Source: Octopus vulgaris (lineage: Eukaryota). From it: a DNA stretch of 64,000 nucleotides. The position numbers and the translations under genes are program-made. The stretch lies in NCBI GenBank assembly GCA_951406725.2, contig OX597829.1, forward strand, positions 14,074,001 to 14,138,000. The letters are read 5' to 3'. The notes beneath the pieces were generated by a model. That model searched no databases. It was given only the letters and a program-made list of their open reading frames with translations, and was not told where the DNA came from. Below are positions 42,707 to 57,209 of the stretch, piece by piece (the stretch's first letter is position 1; the number at the start of each line of letters is the position of its first letter).

Positions 42707-42876
42707 GATATACGACGGGCTTCTTTCAGTTTCCGTCTACCAAATCCACTCACAAGGCCTTGGTCGGCCCAAGGCCATAGTAGAAGACATTTGCCCAAGA
42801 TGCCACGCAGTGAGACTAAACCCGGAACCATGTGGTTGGTAAACAAGCTACTTACCACACAGCCACTCCTGCGCCT
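42360..42876 (-). mobile_element. SINE family A with an internal (GATA)n expansion
   Basis: Full length, in reverse complement. Confidence 0.9.
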
Positions 42877-43869
42877 AACTTTGAATAAGTTTGTCAACCT
42901 CACAGCAAGTATTTATGTTGGTATTCTGCAGGGCAGAAGATAGTGCCTTTCTTCGTCACACTAGCGTCCATTACACCACTTCCTACAACACAAGAGTCAG
43001 TATTATTTATAGGCCATGCGTTCCTTACTACGGTATTAATATATTTTTTTCATTCTCCAATGTTTTCTGTTCAAATGATTCTATATATATACAAACACTT
43101 TGTGTTTGTATTTAAACATTGATATTTTCTTACATAAAAGTGGTTGTATTCTTTTGTCTACACGTGTGTGTTTGCGCTTGAAAAATATCCGTCGGAATGC
43201 ATTTCAATTCTTAACAGGAAAGAGAAGTGTCTCCATCGGAATCTATCTACCATGTGCTGATAAGTGTCACTCCATAATGAACTATGCAGTCAAACGTAGC
43301 GCATTAAACAGACTTTTATTATATGGTTCGAATGTTTTGAACAATCTAAATGCCCTTAAGTTCCAGAGGGCCGAATTGTGTTAAATAACCGAGCTCCGTG
43401 GTAAGCCTAATCCCATTTAAGGTTTACGTATTTGCCCATCTTAAGTCTATTAATATCTTAGTTAATGTTGAGTGCCATCACCAATAGTTTTCTTGTCAAG
43501 ATACTGATTATCTTCCCAGTGCTAGATTTAGATTCAGTCAGACACTGAGTCATATAAAGTCCCTTCCTTGAGGATTACATTATTTAATAATTTTCATTCC
43601 TTGCAAATTGTCAGGCTCTAAGTTTTGCTGTGTTCATATTTTGAGTGAATCCGGCAGTCTTTCTACTGCCTGATACCTTGTAGAATATATCAAAAGCCAC
43701 CATCTCCTCCTTGTATCTATCTTTGTCTTTCGACTCTGTCTCACCCACACTCATTCACGCACGCGCGCATATCTGTGCACATGTTTCAGTATACATACTT
43801 CGCCATATGTATGTTAAATCTATACAATAGATCTATAATACATGTAGACAGAAAAGTGATTTTGTTTGT

Positions 43870-43924
<55 letters not shown>

Positions 43925-44996
43925 CGTGTGTGTAACAATGGCTTACAGTTAATGAGGAAAGTAGTTTAGAGAAATACCAAGAAACTCCTCTTAATAAACA
44001 TTTCAGCAGCAACAGAATAAGTTATATTTTATTATAGTAGTGGTGTAACAGAGTCCGTACAGTGTCGAATAGACATTTGGTAATAATTTACCAGGGCTTT
44101 TCTTTTACGCACTAAGTTCAACTTCCGGCCATGTCAACTTTCCCCTTCATCCATCTGAGGGATGATAGAAGTAAAGTACCAGTTAAGTACTGGAGTCGAT
44201 ATATTCGATACTTCCACCGTTCGTCTCCACAATTCGTAGCTCTGTGTCTACATTAGAAATCATTCTCTTGATCACACGGTTTGTATTCGCATTATATCGC
44301 GATGTGTGTAAAGAAACCATTATTTTTTCTTCAATAATTCTTGCTACTAGTTAATATCACATTTAATTTACAGCCACACACTTTTGAAATATTCTCTGTG
44401 ACCATATTGAGAATATTGTACATTTTATGTTTTGTGTTTGAACCTCCAAACTCCCTGCGCTGAGAGAGTATGGTGAGGGACATACGGCGAAGTTTATTAG
44501 CGAACACCTTGTAACCAAGTCTTGCTACCAAGCAGCGGATTATAAATAATGGTTAAGTATAGAACGACGCATCAAACAATGACGCACACAAACATTAAAA
44601 TTCTGATTCACTCACTGTATCAGTAAACTTAACCTCATAATATATGACTGAGGTTGTTTCCACACAAGGAAAATATTCACTTGAATGCAAGTAAATGTAT
44701 AATAACATTCATATTTTGACATCATTATGGAATAAATCAAAGTGGCTTGGTATTCATCATCATCGTCAAATCATCATCATAATCATCATTATTGTTTTAA
44801 ATTCCATTTTTTCATACCCGCATGGGTTAGACGAAGATTTTCTATAGTCAGATACCCTTTCTGCTGATAGTTCTCGCTGCAAAGTAACATATCCCTGTGG
44901 CCAGACATATTCTCGCAGAATCTTGGAAACGAATGCCTACTTGTATGACAATGATGCTTATTTGCAACTGTCATGCAGTGTCAAAACAAAGAGACA

Positions 44997-45037
<41 letters not shown>

Positions 45038-45054
45038 ACACATACACACGCCCT

Positions 45055-45094
<40 letters not shown>

Positions 45095-45129
45095 CACACA
45101 AATACACACACTCACACATATACGGAAAA

Positions 45130-45360
45130 AAGGCGGCGAGCTGGCAGAAACGTTAGCGCGCCGGGCGAAATGCTTAGCGGTATTTCGTCTGTCGTTACAT
45201 TCTGAGTTCAAATTCCGCCGAGGTCGACTTTGCCTTTCATCCCCTTGGGGTCGATAAATGAGGTACTAGTTTCGCACTGGGTCGATGTAATCGACTTAAA
45301 CCCTTTGTCTGTCCTTGTTTGTCCCCTCTATGTTTAGCCCCTAGTGGGTAGTAAAGAAAT
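45130..45360 (+). mobile_element. SINE family B
   Basis: AGGCGGCGAGCTGGCAGAAACG...GGGTAGTAAAGAAAT. Confidence 0.88.
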
Positions 45361-46060
45361 ATATATACGGATATAACGGGCTTCTTTAAGTTTTCGTCAT
45401 TCAAATCCATTTTGTGGAAATATTTTATAATTGGGTTATTCCTTACCTTTTATCTTTTACTTGTTTCGGTCATGAGCCTGCGGCCATACTGGGGCACCGC
45501 CTTGAAGAATTTTTAGTCGAGGGACTGACCCCGTTTATTTACCTTTTTAAAAGTCTCACACTTATTCGATAGTTACAGTGTCGAAAACGCAGACACACGC
45601 ACGAACACATACACACTCATATGTGAGTGAGTGTGTGTGCGTGTGTGTGTGTGTGTGTGCGTGTGTGTGTGTGCATGTGTGTGTATGTGTGTGTGTGTGA
45701 TTGCCTTCTTTCAGTTTCTATCTATCAAATCGACTAACATGATACAGTAGGACTACACTTGGAACCATGTGGCTGGGAGGCAAAAGTTCCCACCACAAAG
45801 GAGGCTCTACTATTTAATACGATTTCGCGTTTATGTCTCTAGGAATGCAAAGATATACAGAACGAAAGGGAACTCAATACTTGGTGTTACAGTTCGATAT
45901 AGTTGTGATTTATTAACTGAAGGCTGCACTATATTGTTCTAAGTATAAACCTAGTCCTTGCATTGTGAGATATTTAATATTATTCGTGTACTCATCGAGA
46001 CAAACGGAGTATCAAACTCACGGCAATTGTTTAAATATGTATAGGTAGACAGACAGAGAT

Positions 46061-46091
<31 letters not shown>

Positions 46092-46225
46092 CCCACACAT
46101 GCATACATACATACATACATACATACATACATACATACATAGAGAGAGGGAGAAAGAGAGAGAGGGAGAGAGAGAGAAAGAGAGAGAAGAAAAGAGAGAG
46201 AAAAAGAGAGCGAGAGTGAAGGTGC

Positions 46226-46400
46226 ATGGCAAAGTGGTTAAGATGTTGCACTCACGATTGCGAGATCGTGGGTTCGATTCCCAGACTGGGCGTTGCGATG
46301 TGTTCTTGAGCAAAGTACTTCACTTGACGTTGCTCTGCGATCATTTCCTCATCTGAGAGGTGGCACCCGTTGAAATTGTACAGGTAATGTCGATTTGATG
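46226..46400 (+). mobile_element. tRNA-derived SINE (minor family)
   Basis: A-box-like TGGCAAAGTGG and B box GGTTCGATTCC, followed by GTGTTCTTGAGCAA. Confidence 0.6.
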
Positions 46401-46527
46401 GAGAGAATGAGCTTATGTCTATACAAGCAATTGATCACTATAAAAAAACAGAAACATCTGTGTGGTTGTTCGGTAAGAAATTGTCGAACCCTCATACGTC
46501 GTCTAACGACGAGAGAGTCCATCATAT

Positions 46528-46944
46528 ACTCTTTACGCTTTTACTTGTTTCAGTCATTTGACTGTGGCCATGCTGGAGCACCGCCTTTAGTCGAGCAAAC
46601 CGACACCAGGACTTATTCTTTGTAAGCCTAGTACTTATTATATCGGTCTATTTTGCCGAACCGCTAAGTTGCAGGGACGTAAACACACCAGCATCGGTTG
46701 TCAAGCGATGTTGGGGGACAAACACAGACACACAAACATATACACACGAATAAATACGTATATACATATATATATATATACGACGGGTTTCTTTCTGTTT
46801 CCATCTACTAAATCCCCTCACAAGACTTTGGTCGACCCGAGGCTATAGTAGAAGACACTTGCCCACGGTGCCACGCAGTGGAAATGAACCCGGAACCATG
46901 TGGTTCGTAAGCAAGCTAATTACCACACAGCTACTCCTGCGCCT
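46528..46944 (-). mobile_element. SINE family A
   Basis: Full length, in reverse complement. Confidence 0.88.
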
Positions 46945-46957
46945 ATGTATATATATA

Positions 46958-48239
46958 TGAGGGGCGTTCAATAAGTAATGCCCCTGACCCACTTCCCATA
47001 GCAGTAGAGCAACGAAACTTGGCACAGTTATTAGTTTTTTTCTACATAGGAACCACCCAGAGTTACACATTTCTCCCATTGTTTGATGCAGCTCTGGAGA
47101 CCGTTTTTGTAGAAGACCCCAGATTGGTCCTCCAACCACGATGTGACTTCAGAAATCAAGGCTGCATCAGCTGGGAAACGATTTCCTTTCAAAAACAACT
47201 TCATGGCTGGGAAGAGGTGAAAATCAGAGGGTGCAAGGTCAGGAGAGTAGGGGGGATGGGGGAGGAGTTCATAGCCGCACGCCTGTGCTTCTGATCTGGC
47301 GACACGCGAGTTGTGGACTGGAGCGTTATCCTGCAGGAGGAGGATGCCTTTGCTGATCTTGCCCCGCCTCTTGATTTTGATAGCTTCTCTTAATTTCCTC
47401 AAAAGTGAAGCATAATAGGCTCCTGTAATTCTGGTACCCTTTGCCAGGAAATCTGTCATCACTATTCCGTCCTGGTCCCAGAAGACTGAGCTTGACCTTG
47501 CCAGCAGAGGGCTGCACCCTTGCCTTCTTTGGAGGAGGTGAGTCACGGTGCATTGACTGGGCTTTGGTCTCTGGATCATAGTGATGGACCCAGGTTTCAT
47601 CCTGTGTAATCAGTCTTTTGAAAAATTTTGACTCATCTTCTTGGCACATCTCCAAATTCATCCTCGAGCACTCGACGCGTTCTTGCTTCTGGAAAGGCGT
47701 GAGCAACCTGGGAATCCATCTGGCAGACACCTTTTGCATATGCAAATGGTCATGAATGATAGTTTCCACAGACCCGGTACTAATCTTGACCTCATGGGCT
47801 ATTTTGCGAATAGTTATGCGTCGATCTTCCAAAATGGCAGCCTCAACTTGACGGACATATGCCTCATCAATGGCAGAAGGTGGGGCGACCAGATCTGGGA
47901 GCTGTTTCCACAGAGTTCCGACCATGTTTGAATTCACAATGCCAGCGTCTTACAAAGTCATATGATGGGGCATCATCACCATAAGTTACTTTTACTTCAT
48001 CAAAAGTTTCCCGTGGTATGCGTCCTTTCAAATACAAAAACCTGATCACTGCTCGACACTCAACAGGCTCCATTTCACATTTGACTCAGTTCAAACACCT
48101 GTAAATCAGAAACCACAATTATTTCAGAGCTGTAATTTGCCACTTAATCTATAGAGATATAGATGATTGCACATACAAAATTTCAGCTAGATCAATCAAC
48201 TGCCAGTGGGTCAGGGGCATTACTTATTGAACGTCCCTC

Positions 48240-48240
<1 letters not shown>
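46958..48240 (-). mobile_element. Full-length mariner (DD34D) DNA transposon, 1283 bp
   Basis: ~36-bp TIRs GAGGGGCGTTCAATAAGTAATGCCCCTGACCCACT and AGTGGGTCAGGGGCATTACTTATTGAACGTCCCTCG, with TA on both sides. Confidence 0.95.
47031..48073 (-). pseudogene. Mariner transposase split over three frames
   Basis: RAVIRFLYLKG...RSGRP, WIPRLLT, TQDETWVHHYDP, LLQDNAPVH and HPPYSPDLAPSDFHLF. Confidence 0.93.
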
Positions 48241-48285
<45 letters not shown>

Positions 48286-48804
48286 TTTATAATTAGGGTT
48301 CAGCAAAGATTTGCTTTACCACATACCGAAGTTTAGAAATAGCAGTCAAAAAACCTTAGCTATTTCTTCTACTTTAAAAAGGGACTTCCAGAAAAACCAA
48401 GATACTTGAAAACAATCCACGTAGGTAGAGAGGAAAAATAACGAAAATCAATCTACATCTGGCCACCCATGTACGCGCGTAATTAGATCGGTATAAAGAA
48501 TATAGAATTGTACTTTACCCAACCATTTTCGTTCATCAGCATGGGACTCCAACAATATTAAATATTAAATATTAAATTCGAAGGCACTGGAAGAATTGAA
48601 TATATCTCTCCACCTAACGGTATCAGACAGATCATATTCAGTGTTAGTGCCGCCGAATTCAAAATACGAATGAGGTTCGTCACCTTCCCCTGCCCATCAG
48701 CGCGTGAAATTATTGATTACTTCTTAATTAATTAATTTTACCCTTTGTTATTATTGATAATGGAATTTTTCTCCCTGATAACAAACTACATCGCTTGACA
48801 GCCA

Positions 48805-49005
48805 TCATCATTGTTTAACCTCCGCCTTCCTTGCTGGCATGGGTTAGAGGGTTTGAATGGAACTGGCAAGATAGGGGATTGCACCAGGATCCGTTCTGAC
48901 ATTGGCTTGCTTTCTACGGCTGGATGCCCTTCCTAACACCAACCATTCCGAGAATGTAGTAGGTGCCTTTTATGTGACACCTGCACGGGTGCTTTTACGT
49001 GTCAT
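48805..49005 (-). mobile_element. RTE-related short repeat end with a (GAT)n tail (relative near 44755-44990)
   Basis: Reverse complement reads TTAGGAAGGGCATCCAGCCGTAGAAA...ACCCATGCCAGC...GTTAAACAATGATGATG. Confidence 0.5.
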
Positions 49006-49010
49006 ACACA

Positions 49011-49054
<44 letters not shown>

Positions 49055-49629
49055 TATGAATGTACACACACACACACACACACACTCACTCATTATGAAA
49101 GTAATTTTAAATAAAATAATTCCAACATTCTGAGCTTTATCCTGATTTTTACCATTAACAAAAGTTTAAACATTTTACAGGGAGGAACAGTTATTATAAT
49201 CAATTCCAGTTCTTGATTGGAGCCTATTTTATCAAATGAGTAAAAGTTGAGAAGAAAACTGGCGTAGTTTGAACTCATAGCGTAAACAGCTTCGGCTAGG
49301 TGCCGCATATTATTTAACTCGATCTTCAACTGAATCTTCTAATCCACCGTCCCAATTTTGTGATCGTGTGCTTCAGTTATAAAGCAGTGTTTGGCTTTTA
49401 TTTGACTGATGGTTCAACAGAACTGATAGTACTGTGATCAAAATGCATTGCATATTGTCTAAGGTTCATAACATTTTGTGTTCAAATCTCAGGAAGGTCA
49501 TGTGGCCGTTTATCCTACCGCGATCAATGAAATATAGTATTTATCTAGTACAGAGATCGAGTAACATTCCTACAAAGTATCCCAGATGTGAATGATTTGT
49601 AGTAGTAAATTCATGTGTTTACACGTGTG

Positions 49630-51390
49630 TTTGTTGTCAGCAACACCAAACATCTGCAGGCATTCAACGATCCAAGAATGAGACATCATATCAAATGCCT
49701 TCTTAAAGCCAATCCAAGCCATTGATATGTTTGTATGTTGTTTTTTACAATGCCTCAAAACTGCTTTATCGATGACTAGGTGATCCTTGGCACCCTGAGA
49801 ACTCTTCCTACATCCTTTTTGTTCCTTTGGTAGTATTTCTTCCTGTGCCGGGAAGGTGTATATCTCTGCCGCACATATTCCAGTGAGTATCTTCCAGATT
49901 ATGTTTAGGCATGCTATGGGACGGTAGTCTCCCACAGTATTCTCCTTTCTTCTGTCTTTCATTACAAGTGATGTCCTCCCAGTCACCATCCACGCGGGGA
50001 CTGTACCTTTCTGGACACATTCATTCAATTGGACTGCTAGTCTTTCATGCACCGTGTGGTATCTCTTCAGCCAGAAGCCATGAATCCGATCTGGTCTGGG
50101 GTATTTCCAGTTAGGCACTTTACCCACTTTACCCGTGCTTATGACAATATTCCTTTCTTTCTTTCCTCCTTGTAATTCTGTCTTGATAGTTCCTATCCAG
50201 ATTGCAGCCCTTTTATGCACCACATTGTTTCCCCATAATCCGCTCCAGAACTCCTTGGCTTCATTTGCATCAGGAGCAACATTTTCCTCTCTGTCTCCTA
50301 ACGTTCGGAAGAATTGCTTCGGGTTATTTTTGAACAAACTGTTCTCGAATCTTCTGATCTTCTGGCTCTTTAATCATGATCCTCTGTTTTAACTACATCA
50401 AACCAATTCTTCCGTATTTCATTTTTCTTCTCTAATTTTTCTCGGTCGCTTTTTTTCCCATTTTTCCAGTTTTCTCTTAACCATTGCTCAATTTTTCCTA
50501 GATCTTGCCTTGCCTGCATTATGTCCCTTTCCATGCGTCGTTTCCACCATGATTCTTTTGCTCCACCATTTTTTATTCACTTAACTTGTAATTTCTCCTC
50601 AACAAGTTGCGTAATAGCTCGGAGAATATTCCCTGTTTGTGTTATGTTCTCCGTCTGGATGTATGGTATGACAGTATTTAACTTTTGTGTTACATTATTT
50701 ATCATACTCCTATATACTCTTCTCATATTCATGGAGCTTTTTTTCTTCTGGAGCATTCAGTCTGTGAGTCGTCTTTGAATTTCAAGCAATTCATTATCTA
50801 GTTGGTTCATTTCCCCTGCATGTCTACCCACAGTGTCTGGGTTCACTGTATAACGTTCCAGTTCCTCATCCTTAACAGCCCCATCACTATTCCCCTGTTC
50901 CTCCTATCTACTCTTCTCCCTGCTTTCAACTCCGACCATCCTTTGTATCCCATCCTAGATATTTCTACTTCAATTAAGTAACTCTTCCTTCTAATCACTC
51001 TCACTTGGTTCATCAGTTTATTTTCTGACATTGAACACATGTCCTTTTCCATCCAAAATTTCAAGGTAAGTCGGCCTACTCTGCGACTTCTTTCCACCTT
51101 TGCTCTTCCATGACATTCAGTTAGTGTATCGTACTCTTCCTTCGTCTACTTCTGTTTTTGTGCACACCGTGTATGTGACCTGTTGTAACATAACTTCTGT
51201 CCGAGGCCAGATCACTGCCCCTCTTGCGGGCAGTCTTAGAATTGCCAGGCGAGAGACCTTCACTATGATCAGCTATAGCTTCATTCTAACTGTTTATTCT
51301 TTCCTTGTTGTGTTGCATCATGATTCCAACGAGAGTTGTTATGGAGATCTCATCTCTCCCTTCTCCTCTTTATTTGCATATACACGTGCA
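49630..51390 (-). mobile_element. Decayed 5' part of an R4/Dong-clade retrotransposon (N-terminal domain and first RT motifs)
   Basis: SENKLMNQVRVIRRK, PNWKYPRPDRIHGFWLK, YRPIACLNIIWK, EQKGCRK and MAWIGFKKAFD. Confidence 0.85.
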
Positions 51391-51407
51391 CATATTATTA
51401 TTATTGA

Positions 51408-51940
51408 GTGAGAGAGCAGTGCATGCCATCAAAGAGACTCTGGGGTAAAATATACGAAGCCCAGTATACCCATCATGACTACACGTCTGATAAGGGTACA
51501 CTAGGCACATGCATCACAACCATATGAGCGCGACATGGTGATCTCATATCAAGATAAACAGCACATGACCTTGCAGGTGGGGCCCAGTTAGAATTTTCTT
51601 CCTGTCGAGTAGCCCATACCGCTCAAAAGGTCCCTGAATAAGAGTTGTTTAAGGATGTTGAACGAAACACCCATGTTTCCAGAGGTGAATTATTCAAACC
51701 CCAAAGAATCCCTCTCAACACATGGCTATGATGCTCCCCCACTACTTCTGCTCGTCATCAGAGATGCACATATCGTCAGCCACTAAGGGACATGCTCAAC
51801 TGGTTAAGGTCAAACAACTGACAAGCAAATCTGTGGTATCGAGCAGAATATTTGCTGTAGCCCATCTTTTATACCAAGACAAAACAATGTACATGATAAC
51901 ACTTCCAACCAGTTAAGATGAGAAGCCATGAGAGCTTCTT
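51408..51940 (-). mobile_element. ~530-bp non-coding repeat-like block between (TTA)n tracts
   Basis: Complex sequence with no credible ORF and sharp borders at TTA/TTC microsatellites on both sides. Confidence 0.4.
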
Positions 51941-51949
51941 CTTTTTCTT

Positions 51950-52071
<122 letters not shown>

Positions 52072-52304
52072 CATTATTATTATGCGATGAAAACTCACAG
52101 CTTATTTTGCTGAGTATGTTAAAAAAAAGTGTCAGCTGTCCACAGCTGCAGTTCCAAGCAATGTTGATATTTTTAGGTGTTCTACTATTCACACTTGGAC
52201 ACCTTCGTATTTCCCACTTTAAATCGTCATAGTTGTTTACTTTTTATTTCTTTTACATCAATAATATTAATGATAATAATACTTTTTATTTCTTTCACAT
52301 ACAT

Positions 52305-52476
52305 AGGCGCAGGAGTGGCTGTGTGGTAAGTAGTTTGTTTGCCAACCACATGGTTCCGGGTTCAGTCTCACTACGTGGCACCTTGGGCAAGTGTCTTCTA
52401 CTATAGCCTCGGGCCGACCAATGCCTTGTGAGTGGATTTGGTAGACGGAAACTGAAAGAAGCCCGTCGTATATATG

Positions 52477-52536
<60 letters not shown>

Positions 52537-52757
52537 TGTGTGTGTTTGTGTGTCTGTGTTTGTCCCCCTAGCATTGCTTGACAACCGATGCTGGTGTGTT
52601 TATGTCCCCGTTACTTAGCGGTTCGGCAAAAGTGACTGATAGAATAAGTACTGGACTTACAACAGAATAAGTCCCGGGGTCGAGTTGCTCGATTAAAGGC
52701 GGTGCTCCAGCATGGCCGCAGTCAAATGACTGAAACAAGTGAAAGAGTGAAAGAGTA
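52305..52757 (+). mobile_element. SINE family A, full length
   Basis: Complete from head to tail. Confidence 0.9.
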
Positions 52758-52935
52758 ATCCTGTTATCACCGGAGCATGCTATGTCGCTTATTATACATT
52801 TTCTTTCTTTATTCACCACAACAATGTCCAGTTTCCGAAGTCTGGTCGGATGATCGCACTGGATCATTGCATCCCACAACATTTTGCAATTCTCATTTTC
52901 AGTGATTCCTTCCGGAGTTTGCTCATACCAAGTCT
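52758..52935 (-). mobile_element. R4/Dong endonuclease fragment
   Basis: WYEQTPEGITENENCKMLWD...LDIVVVNKERKCIISDIAC. Confidence 0.75.
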
Positions 52936-53021
52936 TATTATTACCGTTGTTGTTGTTGTTGATTCTCTTTATCACAGGTTTAGTTGGAGTTCATGGAGTT
53001 TTGCATACGTAACGGGCTTAC

Positions 53022-53257
53022 TACCTATTTCTGTTTACTACCCACAAGGGGCTAAACACAGAGAGGACAAACAAGGACAGACAAACGGATTAAGTCGATT
53101 ATATCGACCCCAGTGCGTAACTTGTACTTAATTTATCGATCCCGAAAGGATAAAAGGCAAAGTCGACCTCGGCGGAATTTGAACTCAGGAGGTATCGGCA
53201 GACGAAAATACGGCTACGCATTTCGCCCGGCGTGCTAACGTTTCTGCCACCTCGCCT
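53022..53257 (-). mobile_element. SINE family B with a 14-bp target-site duplication
   Basis: CGTAACGGGCTTAC at 53008-53021 and again at 53258-53271. Confidence 0.9.
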
Positions 53258-53427
53258 CGTAACGGGCTTACCACCTGCAGCCTACGGTACCATGCTATAC
53301 GTTCTCAGTTCAAGTTCCACCGAGGTCGACCTTGCTTCTGGGGTCGATAAAATAAGTACCATTTGAGCTCTAGGGCCGATGTAGTCCTCACCCCCCAATG
53401 TCAGGTCTTATACCTTTAGTAGAAAGG

Positions 53428-54264
<837 letters not shown>

Positions 54265-54320
54265 ATTATTATTATTATTATTATTGTTATTGTTATTGTT
54301 ATTATTATTATTATTATTAC

Positions 54321-54360
<40 letters not shown>

Positions 54361-54374
54361 TATTATTATTATTA

Positions 54375-54420
<46 letters not shown>

Positions 54421-55603
54421 CGGAGGTGTAGTTGCCAGATGAGTGATTTGATCTGAGACCGCAAGTTGAATATATATCAATCATTCAAAAATACACACAA
54501 AAATGTTGTTGACTTCACTTAAGTACTTACTATTTGGTATGAAAATTTTCGTCGCACTAACTACGACCTGGTCACTAACGTGAGTTCTACAGCAAATCCA
54601 CAGCTAATAAGCCGCTGTTGGTGAGATCTTTGACCGAAAAATACTAAGTCGGAGACATGCGGTCATTCGAAGTGGAGTATGGCGAAGAATCTTACATAAT
54701 TCATACAGGGAAATGGCTGCAGCAATAATGTGGTCATGTTCGAAATTATTTGACGGCCACCATTTCATATGTGTATGTGTGTATATATGTATAAATTGTG
54801 CGTATATGCGTGTGTGTGAGAGTGTGTGTGTGTGGATGCGTGTGAGTGTCTCTAAGTTTATGTACAATTCCTCTTTCTGTGCGTACACACACACTTACAC
54901 TCACATACAAATGTACATATATAAATTCACACATTTTCAGCTAAAATATTTTCGATAGAGCTTTATGGACATGTACACTCATATGTTCAGCTTATACCAG
55001 ATTTTGGTGGTTAGTCAAGTCAATGAGATAAGGCAGTAAACTTCAGAAACATTGATATGGCTGGAGTATGAGCTAGCCTACTATATATTGTTCCAGCTCG
55101 TCTCTTGGTAGGATTTAGGGTTTGAAATTAACCAGCAAACGAGGGAGCCTATAGGTGATCGCTCGACATGTTAAAAGTAGCAGCCAAATCTCCCCTCACA
55201 AATCAAACTCTGCTGTTTTAGAAAGCAACACATTGGATTTAATGTGGTTCTGTGTTATGTGTACATCCGAAACGGAATGGTTGCGGAAAGAAAGTCTTTG
55301 ATCCTAGGTCTGCTCAGTAAGGGTTGTAAGTGAGGTTGTTCGACCAGCAACAATTATCGGCTAGATCTCCCACAAAATTACATCTTACAATCTTAAAAAA
55401 AAAAATTAGCAAACGTCATCGGATAATGATTGAATTTTGTGTGTATACAGGATGTTCACATTTGGAACATCTTTGATCTTAAGTCTTCTCAATCAAGACT
55501 GATCTGAGATTAAACAACTATTACATTACCACTGCTGCTATCATTACTACTATCACAGCCATTTTTACTCCCACAACCACCACTATAACTATAACTGTTG
55601 CTG

Positions 55604-55636
<33 letters not shown>

Positions 55637-57209
55637 TCACAACAAGGGGATTGAATTCGAACATTGAACCTATAATCCGATATTTGACGCTAATTGATCT
55701 GTCGTTTGTTTTATCGGTTTTATCGATTACACTAAAGATGAAAGCTGACTTTGTCGGTTCGTGGCTGGGTTTGAACTATAGAATGCTTTCACTTTTCTGA
55801 TGTTACTAGTCCATACTCTGTCCATACGGCTCGCTATTGATTGGTTAAGTCAGTGTTAACGTAATTAATGCGGGCAGCCTTAAAAAGCTAATTTACAGTA
55901 ATTTGTGTGACTGATAGACAACAGACAGGTAAGTTAGTATTATCATATTTAATATATGCAGCATTGAGAATGCTAATTAGTAATAATTATGTGATAAAAG
56001 GGAGATGGACAGATGGGTTATTATTGATATATTTAATGAAAGGAACTTGTAAGATATAACAAGAAATAATTGTGATGAAGCCAAAAGGAATAACCGAACA
56101 CATAATTTAGTGTTTTAATATATTTGATATTAAAAGTGTGTATTAAAGACTAATTGGAAATAAAAATAGTGAAGCAGATCGATAGACAAATAGATAGATC
56201 CGTGTTAGCATACTGAATGTGGAGAACATTGAAACACTAACTAGTGATATTTGTGCTGTGCAGAAAATAGTATGTCAATAGATTTTATTTTAATTCTTAT
56301 AGCTGGACGTGTGAGAGATAATTCTGTGTTACTGAATTGTTATGTCTAAATTTCAACGTAGAAATACGGATGGAAGAATCGTTAAGTCTTCTATAACGAC
56401 GTAAGCAGATAAAGTAGAACAGAGGTGGTGGCTCTTTGGCTGTAGGAAGGAGATTCTGTGAGCGGTGGAAGGGAAAGAGGAAGTTATCCTCCAACTGGAG
56501 ATCTTAACTAAATTATTGCAACAAAATCGATCCTGTTTTATTATTTCAAAGACCAGATGATGGTGTAAAACAGGGTAGTATATTGAATCTACTGTCAAAA
56601 AGCAGGACTGCTCACGTCGTGGCGTCATATTTTCTTCTTCTGTACAGTATTATTACTGCTATAATAATAATCGCTTCAAATTTTGGCACAAGACCAGCAA
56701 TTCTTTTCTTTTGTGAGGAGGGTAGTCAATTATATCGACCACCAGTATTTGATTGGTACTTTATTTTATCGACCCCCAAAAGAATGAACAGCACAATTGA
56801 CGTCGTAGGTATTCGAACTCACAATGACCAGAAGAAATGCCGCTAAGCAATTTGTTCGACGCGTAACGATTCTGTCAGACCGCCTCTTTATTTTTATTAT
56901 TAATAAAATAAGTGAAATGTAAATCTAAACGTCGAAATATTGATTTTCATTATATATTCAAGGCCAGAAGTTAAGGGTGAAAGGGGTGGCTGATTATGTC
57001 TACCCCAGAAACAGAGCAGTGCCTGGAAGTATGAAAGGCAAAGTTGACAACACCGTAGCTCAAGCCTCAGGGATGGGTCCGTTACTAAAATATCACCACC
57101 ACAAGATATCATGTCTGGCGCTCAGATGATTCTGCTGATTCAAAAGTACACTGGTCGGGAAGAGGAGCAATTAACATGCTTTCCGTACCCAAATCATAAC
57201 GAGATTTTC

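Noticed and set aside
46226-46300. tRNA gene
   Set aside because: A and B boxes are present, but there is no clean cloverleaf or terminator and it continues into a SINE body.
48520-48550. Minus-strand CTGATGA-AC-GAAA
   Set aside because: No room for stem II and no valid UH site followed by stem I.
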